From Cereibacter sphaeroides 2.4.1 (GTDB lineage Bacteria > Pseudomonadota > Alphaproteobacteria > Rhodobacterales > Rhodobacteraceae), in contig NC_007493.2 of the NCBI RefSeq assembly GCF_000012905.2, positions 630,001-662,000 of the forward strand: a DNA stretch of 32,000 nucleotides, written 5' to 3'. Made by a program: the position numbers and the translations under genes. The notes under the pieces are model-generated. The model did no database searches and was not told the DNA's origin. It saw nothing but the letters and a program-made list of their open reading frames with translations. How positions within the stretch are numbered: the first letter of the stretch is position 1; each line of letters begins with the position of its first letter. Shown one piece after another: positions 21,817 through 30,229 of this stretch.

Positions 21817-24800
21817 CAGACGGCCTCCGTCGGGTCGATCCGGACGCCCACCGTTCCGATCCGGCGCAGGTCCTTCGCCGTGGCGGTGGAGGCCTCGGCC
21901 CCCTTGCGGGCCCAGACCTTCATCTCGGCGAGCTCGCGCGCGATCTGGGCATTCTCGGCCCGCAGAGCCACGAGCTCGGCCTGCAGATCGCGCACGGCGC
22001 CGGCCACCTCGGAGGCGCCCATGGCGGCGCCGCCGAGAATGTCCGCGGTCCGCCCCGCACTGTGGATCCGGCTCGGGCCGGTGGCCTCGAGCTCGGGCCC
22101 GAGCTCGCCCACGAGGCGCAGGCCGCCCGCATGCAGGCCGCCCGCGGCGAAGCCCGGGACGTCGAGGCCGATGGCCGACCAGTCGAACACCTCCGGCTTG
22201 AACGGCCGCAGCCCCGCGAGGATCGCCTCACGGCCGTGGTTGCGGTAGTGGATGGTCGGGTCGTAGCCGTACTCGTCCGCGGCCACGTCCGGGTAGAGCC
22301 GCAGATAATCGGCTGTATCGAGCGGGATCCGGCCCTGCCGCTGCTGGAAGAGGCCCCAGAGGTAGTCCTTCAGGCTCCCCGGCAGCCGGCGGATCGTCTC
22401 GATCCCGTCGAGCGGGGAGAAGCCCTCGATGGCCCGCATGACCTGCCCGATGGTCTTGCCGTCGGTCGAGATCCCGGCCTTGGCGGCCATCGCCAGGATC
22501 TGCTTGTCGGTGGCAAGGATGTCGCCGGCCGCGTTCGTCGCGAGGCCCCCGGCGAAGGCCGACAGCGCCGCTCCGCGCTCGCGCTGCCCGGCCGCGCGCC
22601 CTTCCGCGAGGATCGCGTCCCTCAGATCGTCGAGTGCCGTGCGCAGCGCCGTCATCGGCGCCGTGATCGCCCCCCTCGTCGTGGTCTCGAACCAGCTCGA
22701 GAAGCCGGTCGAGGGGTCGAAGGCGAAGCTGCCGCCGAGGGTGATCCGGCCGCCCTGGGCGCCGAGGGCCTTGAGGAGCTCCGCCATGCCGAGATCGGAG
22801 GCGGGCTTGTCCATCACCAGCGCGAGCCGGCGCACCGACTGCGCCACGCGAACGGCGGCGAGCGCGCGCAGATCGTCGGGCAGCGCGTCGGTCTTCGCTA
22901 GATAGCTGATGCGCGCGAGGTGGTCGGAGGAGGCTTTCGCCGCGATCCAGACCAGATCCGGCGTGAGATCCATCCGCCGCAGCACCATGTCGAGCGAGAC
23001 CTCGACGCCGCTCGTGGCATTCTTCAGGATGCGGCGCAGGTCGGCCGGGATGTCCGCCGTCGCCATCAGCCCCACGGTCACGTCGATCCGCTCGCGGAGG
23101 GCGGCGTAGGAGATCTCCTTCGCCGCCGCGATGGCGCCCTCGAGCGAGCCCAGCTGCGCGTTCAGCGCCGCGATCTGCTCGGGCTTCAACGCCTCGCCGC
23201 CGGCGAGGTAATCGCGCACCTCGGTCAGGAGATCGACCTGCTCCCGATAGAGGCTGGCCAGCACATCCTCCTTCGCCCCCTCAAGCCCGGTCACGCCCTG
23301 CAGGAGCTGCAGGTCGGAGAGCACCTGCGCCTGCGCGCGGGCCACATCCACCGCCGACCGGGCCTGCCCGCGCACCGCCTCGATATAGGCCGAGGCCGCG
23401 CCGGAGACGGCTTTGGCCGCCTCCTGATCGCCCGCCATCGCGCTTGCCAGCATCGTCTGATAGCGCGCCTGCGACTGGGCCGCGGCCACCGCGGGCGAGA
23501 TCAGCTCGGAGGCCGCGCTGCGCAGATCGCCGATATAGTCGCGCAGCGCCACGGTGACCTGATACCAGCCCTTCGCCGCCGCGGCCGCCCCCCGCTGCGC
23601 CTCGGCCGCGCCGGAGATCATCCCGTCGAGATCCGTGCTGATCGTGCCCACGAGGCCCGCCAGCTCGGCCGAGAGGCTCGCCACGCTCGGCAGGATCTGA
23701 TCCATGACGCCCGCCATGCCCACGAGGGCCGCGTAAAGCTCGCGCCCCCGCTCGGTGGTGAGATCCTGCGCCTCGACCAGCCGGCGATATTCGGCGCGGG
23801 TCGCGGGCAGCGCCACGCCCAGCTTGGCCAGCGCCTCGGTCGCCTGCCGCGTCGCGGTCTCCATCCGCTCGGCCTCGCTATAGAAGGCCTGGTAATAGGA
23901 GGAGGTGGCGGAGACCATTCCTTCAAGCCCGCCGAAGAGCGCGGCCAGATCCGAGGCCATGCCGGCGGTCACCATGTCCACCGCCCGGAAGCTCATGCCC
24001 AGCGTGTCCATGACGCCGTTGACCCCGGTCATCGCCGCGCTCAGCCGCTGCAGGGCCTCGACGAAGCTCTCGCCCTCCTTCACCAGAGCGGCGAGCTCGG
24101 GGCGGGTCGAGACGAGGCTGTTGCCCGCGATCAGGTCTGCCAGATCGCCCTGCCGCTTCCGGCCGAAGAAGGCGGAGAGAAGCCGGTCGCCGATGGACCC
24201 CTTGAGCCCGCTCACCACCGCATCGGACGTCCCCTCGGCGATCCGCTTCTCGAGATCCTTGATCGCCTGGTCGTTCTTTCCGACATAGCCGAAGGCGCGC
24301 GCGGCGAAGCTGTCGCCGAGCTCGGTCAGCTTCTCCTGCAGCTTCGCGCCGATCTCCTCGTCGGAGAGCCCCTTGGTCGAGAACTTCACAGACGCCGCAA
24401 AGCCCTTGAAGGCCTCGGCGCCGATGCCGAGCGTGTCCGCAACATCCATGACCGAGGCCTGCATCTGGCTCACGGCCTTGACGATGGGGCTCGCCACCGC
24501 CCCGTCTGCGAGGCCATAGCTGGTGCGCCGCGACTTCGAGAGCCCGCCGAACCGGGACTTCTCCACCTTCTTGTAGGTTTCGACCATGGCATTCAGCTCG
24601 CGCACGGTGACGCGCAGCCCTGCATCGAGGAGCTTCGTCTTCGAGCCGAAGAAGGAGACGGCCGCCGCCACGGCGGCGATGGGGCCCAGAATGGCGCCCG
24701 CCGCCTGCGCGAAGCCGACAAGACCGCTCGTCGCCATGCTGAGCGACTGGCCGATATAGGCAAAGCCCCCGGAGAGGCCGCCGGAGAAGAAGTTCCCGAG

Positions 24801-26822
24801 CGAGCCCAGAGCCCCGCTGCCGAAGGCGCTGAAGGCATTGCCGATGCCAAGGACCCCGCCACCGCCGCCACCACCGAAGAGGCTCCCCAGCATCCCGAGG
24901 CCGCCGCCGCCCATGCCCGGCACGCCCGCCGCGGCCGCGGTGCCGGCGACGCCACCGCCGCCGAGCCCCATCCCGATGACGATCCGGTTACGCGCCGCCG
25001 TGGCGATCATCTCGGCCAGCATGCTCTTGAAGCTCCCGAGGACGTTGCTCACGAAGCCCTTGAAGTCCTTGAACCCGCCGGTGACGAACTCGCCCCAGGC
25101 CGTGGCCACATCGCCGATGATCGGAATGCCCTCGCCGAGCTCCCGGTTCAGCTCTCCGATGGCGCGCCGATGCTCGTCGGCCGAGAGCAGGCCCTTCTTC
25201 GAGAGCTCGCCGAGCTTCGCGATCTCCTCGCGGTACTTCTGAACCGGCGTCTTCAGCCGCTCCTTCCACGCCTTCGCGGCCGTGACCAGATCGGAGAGCT
25301 TCTGCTTCGCCCCGCCCGCGGCGGCGCCCAGATCCGACACGTTGTCGCCGAGGTCGGAGACGGGCGCCGCCGCCCCGTCGGCGGCCTCCCCGGTGCCCGT
25401 CACCGCGGAGCGCAGCTCGGCCGCGGCGGCAGCGGCGGCGTCGAAGCCCTCGGAGGCCAGCGCCCGGGCCTCCTCCTTCAGCGCCTGCGCCTCGTCGCGC
25501 GCGCCCCGGGCGGCCGAGGTCAGGGCATGGACCCCGGACCCGGCCAGGATCGCCATGTTGCCCACCTCGAGCGCCGCCTCGCCCATGCCGGGGACGGCCG
25601 CCATGCCCTGCGACAGGTCGCGCAGGAAGTCGGTCCATTTGCGGGCGACGGCGGCGATCATGGTCAGAAAGCCCGCCTCGACCGTCTTCCAGACCGCGTT
25701 CAGCGCCGGGCCGAGAGCGGTGGCGCTGGTCTTCATCCCCTCCCAGACGCCCCTCGCGACCCGGCCCATGATCTCCATGGCATTGCCGAGACCGCCCACC
25801 GCCTTGACCGTGCGCGTCACTTGATAAGCCAGCTCGCCCACCGCGACCACGGCGATGCCGAGGCCGGTGCGGATCAGGGCCGCCCGCGTCGCGACCAATC
25901 CGGCCACGAAGGCCCACGCCGCGCGGGTGGCGACGATCAGGGCCGGGGTCATGGAGACGGCGAGCGCCGCGGCCGCCGTCGCCGTGTAGACCGCGAGCCG
26001 GTCGATGTTGTCCGCCACCGCGCCCGCGACCGAACCGATCCCGTCGATCACGCCGCGCAGCAGCCCGCCCTCGCGCATCGAGGTCGTGAAGGCCACGGCC
26101 ATGGCCTGGACGGCGGGGGCGAGCTCGGCCGCGATCCGGTCGCGGGCGGCCGAGACCGCCGTGGCCATCTGCCCGAGCGCGAGGTGGGCGTCGCGGAGGG
26201 CCGCCACCGCATCGTCGCCGAGGATCGCGCCGAGGTCGGCCGCCTGGTCCCCGAGCCGCTCCATCTCGGCGCCGTTGCTTCGCAGAAGGGGGAGCAGCAG
26301 GGTCGCGTCATTGGCGATGGCCTCCATGTAGAAGGTCATCTCGGCCTGCGAGACGCCGGCCTTCTCGAGGCTCGAGACATAGAGCTGCAGCGCCTGCGGC
26401 CCCGACAGATTGCGGAACTCCTTCGCCGTGACCCCGACCTTCGGGGCGATCTTCTCGAAGAAGTCCTTCATCTCGCCGCCGCCGGTCGAGAGGAAGTCGC
26501 CCACCTTGTCGTTCACATCCTTCAGGATGTCGGCGAGCTTCTCCTGCTCGATGCCCACGCTCTTCGAGGTGGCGGACCAGCGCTGCAGCGTCCCGGGCGT
26601 GGTGTTCGCGACCTGCGCCAGCCGCGAGATCTCGTTCGCCGCGCGGGCGGTCGGCACGACGATGCCCGTCATGGCGGCGCCGACCGTGGCGCCGATGGCC
26701 GAGAGCGCGCCGAAGGCCTTCGCCGCCGCCCCGAGCGAGGACTGCGCCCTCTTCAGGCCCTTCTGGAACTCTGCGCTGTCGAGGCCGAGGTTGACCCGGA
26801 GTGCGCCGATGACTGCCGACAT
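21816..26822 (-). CDS. tail tape measure protein (about 1668 aa)
   Basis: It sits after the chaperone pair, is long and Ala/Gly/Leu-rich with helical segments, has a Gly-rich hydrophobic block (about 24790-24990) and ends ...LVGELGPELEATGPSRIHSAGRT, typical of tape measure proteins. I prefer ATG 26822, with AGGAGG (26829-26834) 6 nt upstream, to the track's ATG 26837. Confidence 0.85.
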   Translation of the reverse strand: MSAVIGALRVNLGLDSAEFQKGLKRAQSSLGAAAKAFGALSAIGATVGAAMTGIVVPTARAANEISRLAQVANTTPGTLQRWSATSKSVGIEQEKLADILKDVNDKVGDFLSTGGGEMKDFFEKIAPKVGVTAKEFRNLSGPQALQLYVSSLEKAGVSQAEMTFYMEAIANDATLLLPLLRSNGAEMERLGDQAADLGAILGDDAVAALRDAHLALGQMATAVSAARDRIAAELAPAVQAMAVAFTTSMREGGLLRGVIDGIGSVAGAVADNIDRLAVYTATAAAALAVSMTPALIVATRAAWAFVAGLVATRAALIRTGLGIAVVAVGELAYQVTRTVKAVGGLGNAMEIMGRVARGVWEGMKTSATALGPALNAVWKTVEAGFLTMIAAVARKWTDFLRDLSQGMAAVPGMGEAALEVGNMAILAGSGVHALTSAARGARDEAQALKEEARALASEGFDAAAAAAAELRSAVTGTGEAADGAAAPVSDLGDNVSDLGAAAGGAKQKLSDLVTAAKAWKERLKTPVQKYREEIAKLGELSKKGLLSADEHRRAIGELNRELGEGIPIIGDVATAWGEFVTGGFKDFKGFVSNVLGSFKSMLAEMIATAARNRIVIGMGLGGGGVAGTAAAAGVPGMGGGGLGMLGSLFGGGGGGGVLGIGNAFSAFGSGALGSLGNFFSGGLSGGFAYIGQSLSMATSGLVGFAQAAGAILGPIAAVAAAVSFFGSKTKLLDAGLRVTVRELNAMVETYKKVEKSRFGGLSKSRRTSYGLADGAVASPIVKAVSQMQASVMDVADTLGIGAEAFKGFAASVKFSTKGLSDEEIGAKLQEKLTELGDSFAARAFGYVGKNDQAIKDLEKRIAEGTSDAVVSGLKGSIGDRLLSAFFGRKRQGDLADLIAGNSLVSTRPELAALVKEGESFVEALQRLSAAMTGVNGVMDTLGMSFRAVDMVTAGMASDLAALFGGLEGMVSATSSYYQAFYSEAERMETATRQATEALAKLGVALPATRAEYRRLVEAQDLTTERGRELYAALVGMAGVMDQILPSVASLSAELAGLVGTISTDLDGMISGAAEAQRGAAAAAKGWYQVTVALRDYIGDLRSAASELISPAVAAAQSQARYQTMLASAMAGDQEAAKAVSGAASAYIEAVRGQARSAVDVARAQAQVLSDLQLLQGVTGLEGAKEDVLASLYREQVDLLTEVRDYLAGGEALKPEQIAALNAQLGSLEGAIAAAKEISYAALRERIDVTVGLMATADIPADLRRILKNATSGVEVSLDMVLRRMDLTPDLVWIAAKASSDHLARISYLAKTDALPDDLRALAAVRVAQSVRRLALVMDKPASDLGMAELLKALGAQGGRITLGGSFAFDPSTGFSSWFETTTRGAITAPMTALRTALDDLRDAILAEGRAAGQRERGAALSAFAGGLATNAAGDILATDKQILAMAAKAGISTDGKTIGQVMRAIEGFSPLDGIETIRRLPGSLKDYLWGLFQQRQGRIPLDTADYLRLYPDVAADEYGYDPTIHYRNHGREAILAGLRPFKPEVFDWSAIGLDVPGFAAGGLHAGGLRLVGELGPELEATGPSRIHSAGRTADILGGAAMGASEVAGAVRDLQAELVALRAENAQIARELAEMKVWARKGAEASTATAKDLRRIGTVGVRIDPTEAV

Positions 26823-26960
26823 GGGAAGCCTCCTCATGGAGAAGGCCGCCCGGAGGCGGCCTGGTCAGTTGCGTTTGTGCGGAGCTGGTCCGGGGACGGC
26901 GGCCGGTTCATGTTGCAAGGGGCGGTCTTGGTCCGGCGGCGGGCCGCGCCCTCACGGGGA

Positions 26961-27332
26961 TTACCCGCGCCCTCTGAGCGCCATGCCGATGAGCAGGCCG
27001 CGCACCCGCTCGTGGTCGGTATCCCAGCCGGCGTCCGCCTTCTGCGCGGGCGGCGCGCCTGCCTCTGCCGGCGGCTTGTAGTCCGGCATCCTGCCCGGCT
27101 GGTGGAAGGCGAAGGCCACGAGGGTCGCGAGCTCGTGCTGCAGCACGCGCCGGTCCTCGATCTCGCGCCGGCGCCGCTTGTAGTCGCCTTCGAGGATCGA
27201 GATCAGCTCGCGCGGAGTGAGCCGCCAGAACAGCTCGTATTCCTGCCCGGCAGCGAGCCACCGGGCGAGGAGGTCCTCGATCAGGCCGCGGCCGGCTTGG
27301 CCTTGGGCTTCGCCGGCGCCGGGGCGTTTCCC
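26961..27332 (-). CDS. tail assembly chaperone -1 frameshift extension (gpT-like); predicted fusion of about 235 aa with 27326-27667
   Basis: The -1 frame is open from the slip site to TAA 26961-26963 and encodes ...LIEDLLARWLAAGQEYELFWRLTPRELISILEGDYKRR..., the FW.LTP.EL motif of GTA g10.1 / phiE125 gp8-type proteins. That conserved part has no ATG, GTG or TTG upstream of it; the first start codon in this frame is GTG 27146. Confidence 0.6.
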   Translation of the reverse strand, partial: GKRPGAGEAQGQAGRGLIEDLLARWLAAGQEYELFWRLTPRELISILEGDYKRRRREIEDRRVLQHELATLVAFAFHQPGRMPDYKPPAEAGAPPAQKADAGWDTDHERVRGLLIGMALRGRG

Positions 27333-27667
27333 CCGGCGTTCTCGACCTCTGCCTCGGCCTTGGCCGACTCGGGGAAGGCGGCGCGGATCGCATCGCCCAG
27401 AAGCCGCGAGGCCTCGGCCAGCCCGATCTCGTCTATCAGGTCGCCCGCCGCATCCTCGCTCAGCCCCTCGTGGCCCATGCCGGCCCAGATCAGCCGCCGG
27501 AGCCGCAGCATGTCGCCCTGCGAGCCTTCGCCCTGCATGGCCACGATGGCATCGACGAGGGTCTCCCCCGCGCGCTCCTGATAGCGGACCTGGGCATTGG
27601 TGGTGAGCCGGATGAAGCGCTCACGCCCCTCGGCCTCGAACGGGATCGCGCCACGGATCATGTTCAT
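27281..27667 (-). CDS. tail assembly chaperone (gpG-like; GTA g10-like)
   Basis: 128 aa. Its ATG overlaps the major tail stop (ATGA). It sits between the major tail and tape measure genes. The acidic/Ala-Pro-Lys tail is ...AEAEVENAGGNAPAPAKPKAKPAAA. Confidence 0.65.
   Translation of the reverse strand: MNMIRGAIPFEAEGRERFIRLTTNAQVRYQERAGETLVDAIVAMQGEGSQGDMLRLRRLIWAGMGHEGLSEDAAGDLIDEIGLAEASRLLGDAIRAAFPESAKAEAEVENAGGNAPAPAKPKAKPAAA
27326..27332 (-). promoter_or_regulatory. candidate -1 programmed ribosomal frameshift slippery heptamer G_GGA_AAC
   Basis: Plus strand GTTTCCC, minus strand GGGAAAC, in the X_XXY_YYZ register of the chaperone frame (GGA is codon 113). The GC-rich palindrome CCGGCGCCGG starts 3 nt downstream. 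Lambda G/GT uses G_GGA_AAG. Confidence 0.55.
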
Positions 27668-28107
27668 GCCTCCGTCCCCCGCGTCCAGGTGGGCGCGCCG
27701 GTCCCGCGGATGTTGAGGTTGATGCCGACCGGGGCGCCGAGGTCGCCCGCTTCGATCTGCGGCACCGGGAAGCCGCGGAACTCGAACACGTCGCCGGTGC
27801 TCTGGTCCGGGGCGGGCTTCATCGTCACGCGGTAGTGGATGGGGTTCGGGGCCTCCTGATCGGCGATCATGGCGGCGTAACCCGCCGAGGTGTAGCCCAT
27901 CGGGATGGTGATCTGGCCGATGTCCTTCAGCCCCTTGATGTAGTCGCGGTAGCCGCCCTCGCTGTCGAGCGAGGTCACATCCTGATAGTCCTGCTCGACG
28001 ACAGGTACGGCGATGCCCTTGGCTTCCGGGATCACGGTCCAGCCGCTGGTCCCATCGGTGGAGCGCTCCACCTTGGCCCCGTAGGCGATGATCTGTTTCG
28101 AGGCCAT
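27664..28107 (-). CDS. major tail (tube) protein
   Basis: 147 aa with AGGAGGG upstream of ATG 28107. It sits between the DUF3168-like gene and the chaperone. The sequence resembles TP901-1/GTA g9-type major tail proteins (recognition from memory). Confidence 0.65.
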   Translation of the reverse strand: MASKQIIAYGAKVERSTDGTSGWTVIPEAKGIAVPVVEQDYQDVTSLDSEGGYRDYIKGLKDIGQITIPMGYTSAGYAAMIADQEAPNPIHYRVTMKPAPDQSTGDVFEFRGFPVPQIEAGDLGAPVGINLNIRGTGAPTWTRGTEA

Positions 28108-28116
28108 GTGGCCCTC

Positions 28117-28497
28117 CTATGCTGAGTAGATGGTGAGGAAGTCGAGCGAGACCCGGAAGGGCCGCCCGGTGTCGTCGCCGGGCTCGCGCAGGTCGCGCGC
28201 GCCGTCGAGGAAGACACCCCGGAACCCGCCGCCGCTGTGGCCGTGGAGCACGGCGCGCACGGCGCGGGAAAGCTGCTTCGCTGCGCCGTAGCTTTCGGCG
28301 TAGCAGTCGATCTGGACGCGGGCCTGCTGCACTCCGTCAGGCCCGCTGACAGTCAGCCCCTCGCGGTCGCTGATGGTGTTGAGCACGAGCGCGGGGAGCG
28401 GGTCGCCCTGGGGGTGGCGGCCGAAGTTGACCCGCCTGCCGGCAAGCGCCGTCACCCCGCTGGAGACCAGCAGGAGCGCGCGGAGAGCTTCTTCCAT
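28117..28497 (-). CDS. DUF3168-like tail completion / terminator protein
   Basis: MEEALRALLLVSSGVTALAGRRVNFGRHPQGDPLPALVL...ARVQIDCYA fits the DUF3168 pattern. Position is conserved upstream of the major tail gene. Confidence 0.6.
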   Translation of the reverse strand: MEEALRALLLVSSGVTALAGRRVNFGRHPQGDPLPALVLNTISDREGLTVSGPDGVQQARVQIDCYAESYGAAKQLSRAVRAVLHGHSGGGFRGVFLDGARDLREPGDDTGRPFRVSLDFLTIYSA

Positions 28498-28500
28498 GGG

Positions 28501-29058
28501 TCAGCCCCCTGCGGCTTTCGCTGCGGCCCGGGCCGCGCGCTTCTCGGCGCGGACGATGGCCTTCCGGATTTCGGCCCAGATCTCGACCTTGAGCCGCCCG
28601 AGCAGGGCCTCTCGATCCTGATCCCATGCGGGCCGCATGTAGGACTGCGGTGCCTGCTTGATGGAGCCGAACTCCTGCACCACCGCCTTGATGGCCGCTC
28701 GCTTCGACGCCTTGATGGGGCCCATGTAGAGCTCGATCGCGCTGAGGTTGCCCGCGTCGGTTGCCGCCCGGCGCGCATCGCGCAGGGCGGCTCGGGCCTC
28801 TCCCACAGAGCCGCCAGCGCGCATCACGGCTCCGAACTCCGCCTTCCCGATCTCGGCGCCGCCGCCCACGGCCTTGGCCGCGACGGTGATGCTCTTCGAC
28901 AACTCCTCTGTGTCTTTCGGGGCGAGACCGCGGGCGATCTCCGCCATCGGCTGCAGGGACTTCACACCGGCGCGGCGCAGGGCGCCCCGAGCGGCCCCCT
29001 TGCTCAGGCGCGCCAGCTGCGCCTCGAGCTCCTTCAGCCCCTCGACCTTGACCCGCAT
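28501..29058 (-). CDS. HK97 gp10-family head-tail joining protein
   Basis: Real start is ATG 29058 (MRVKVEGLKELEAQLARLSKGAARGALRRAG...), overlapping the upstream stop (ATGA). The longer track ORF to 29310 is a junk extension. Confidence 0.6.
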   Translation of the reverse strand: MRVKVEGLKELEAQLARLSKGAARGALRRAGVKSLQPMAEIARGLAPKDTEELSKSITVAAKAVGGGAEIGKAEFGAVMRAGGSVGEARAALRDARRAATDAGNLSAIELYMGPIKASKRAAIKAVVQEFGSIKQAPQSYMRPAWDQDREALLGRLKVEIWAEIRKAIVRAEKRAARAAAKAAGG

Positions 29059-29390
29059 CAGTCGATCCTCGCCGCCGCCGTGATCTCGATCCACTGCCGC
29101 CGGGTCTCCGGCGGCTCCTTGATACCGGTGATGTCGAACTCCCGACCTTCGCAGACGAGACGATCCTTCGGATTGATGGCGGCCGCGAAGGCCGACCACC
29201 GCACCGTGAAGCGGGTCGTGACGCCGGCCGCGACCTCGGCCGCGCGCCAGCGCTCGCCGTCGCTGAGATCCGCGCGGGCGGCCCAGACCGGCGATCCGTG
29301 ATCGGACCACGTCTCAACCTCGGCGAAGCCATCGTCCACCAGGGCAGCCCGGCGGAACTGGATCCTGCGGTCGAGCTTCTCGGCCTTCAT
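29058..29390 (-). CDS. head closure / head-tail adaptor (SPP1 gp16-like family)
   Basis: MKAEKLDRRIQFRRAALVDDGFAEVETWSDHGSPVWAARADLSDGERW...REFDITGI fits the TIGR01563-type pattern. ATG 29390 overlaps the upstream stop. Confidence 0.65.
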   Translation of the reverse strand: MKAEKLDRRIQFRRAALVDDGFAEVETWSDHGSPVWAARADLSDGERWRAAEVAAGVTTRFTVRWSAFAAAINPKDRLVCEGREFDITGIKEPPETRRQWIEITAAARID

Positions 29391-29728
29391 GGCCGCTCCT
29401 CCGGCAGATCCCGCCACGCGCGATAGGGCTCCATCAGGCTCCGCACCGGCCCGGGCAGGTCGGGGGCGGCTTGCGTCCACTCGCCGTCATAGATCATGCC
29501 GACCAGCAGCATCACCGCGACGTGGAAGGCGCGCGGCGCAACAATGGCAAGCGGATCATGGTCGGGGTCACCCGGCGCCGGGATCAGCGCGGCGTCGGCG
29601 TAGACGGGGCGATCCAGGAATGCCGTCAGCCGCTCCTCCACCGCCTCGGCATAGAGAACGATCAGGCCATTCTGGATCTCGGCACTGGCCCGAAGATGCT
29701 CCTTCAGAATGGCCAGATCGGTGATCAT
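29387..29728 (-). CDS. gp6-like head-tail connector protein
   Basis: MITDLAILKEHLRASAEIQNGLIVLYAEAVEERLTAFLDRPV fits the Phage_connect_1 pattern (l.e.K.hLRv....d.li..l..aA). ATGA overlaps occur at both ends. Confidence 0.65.
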   Translation of the reverse strand: MITDLAILKEHLRASAEIQNGLIVLYAEAVEERLTAFLDRPVYADAALIPAPGDPDHDPLAIVAPRAFHVAVMLLVGMIYDGEWTQAAPDLPGPVRSLMEPYRAWRDLPEERP

Positions 29729-30159
29729 TCGGAGCCGCCCCCCTCACCGCCGGCCGCCTTGGCGGCATCGGCTTGGCGCTGCTGCTCGGCCTTCGCCTCC
29801 TGCTCCGCCCGCTCACGAGCAGCTGCCGCGTCCTTCTCGGCCGCGGCTTTCGCCTCCTTCTCGGCCTCCTTCCGCGCGACCTCGGCCTTCTTGCGGGCGG
29901 CTTCCGCCTCGCGCTCGGCCTCCTTCTCGGCCTTCTGGCGCGCGGCCTCGGCCTCACGCGCCGCTGCGGTCTCGGCATCGAGCCGGGCCTTGATGCCGGC
30001 GGCGCGTTTCTTCGCGACATCGGACAAGCCCTCCACGAAGTTGCCGCCCTTCACGAGGCGGGCGCCGAGGTCGGCATCCACCTTGATCGGCACATGCGCA
30101 CGCGCACGCCCGTAATCGCCGACCTGCATGCGCAGCGGCGTGACCGTCATCTTCGACAT
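29725..30159 (-). CDS. Ala/Glu/Lys-rich coiled-coil protein between the capsid and connector genes (decoration or scaffold-like role possible)
   Basis: 144 aa with GGAGAGAG upstream of ATG 30159. Residues about 62-138 are almost pure A/E/K/R/Q (AAREAEAARQKAEKEAEREAEAARKKAEVARKEAEKEAKAAAEKD...). Confidence 0.6.
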   Translation of the reverse strand: MSKMTVTPLRMQVGDYGRARAHVPIKVDADLGARLVKGGNFVEGLSDVAKKRAAGIKARLDAETAAAREAEAARQKAEKEAEREAEAARKKAEVARKEAEKEAKAAAEKDAAAARERAEQEAKAEQQRQADAAKAAGGEGGGSE

Positions 30160-30229
30160 GGTCTCTCTCCAAAGGGGATCGGAACTGAGAGGCGGGCCCG
30201 AAGGCCCGCCCCGGTCACCTGCGCCGCGA

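Noticed and set aside
25620-25633. Extra partial match to the repeat core (GCGCAGGAAGTCGG) inside the tape-measure gene.
   Set aside because: Only a 10-nt exact match, in coding sequence. That is within chance expectation for a GC-rich 64-kb search space, so I do not count it as a copy.
26844-26861. GC hairpin GGCCGCC-CGGA-GGCGGCC between the chaperone extension and the tape-measure start.
   Set aside because: On the coding (minus) strand it is followed only by TTCTCC and then the SD and ATG. It could be an mRNA structure, but there is no U-tract and it sits in the middle of an obligatorily co-expressed module. I do not call it a terminator.
22920-27581. Huge 1553-aa plus-strand ORF, with similar giants at 18727..22248 (+), 15377..17116 (+), 19379..21619 (-), 15132..16184 (-) and 258..1667 (-).
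   Set aside because: All lie antisense to, or out of frame with, well-supported genes (tape measure, tail fibre, endolysin/methyltransferase, CPBP). They are Arg/Gly/Pro/Ala/Asp-rich with no motifs. Stop-free alternative frames of this kind are expected in DNA above 65% GC.
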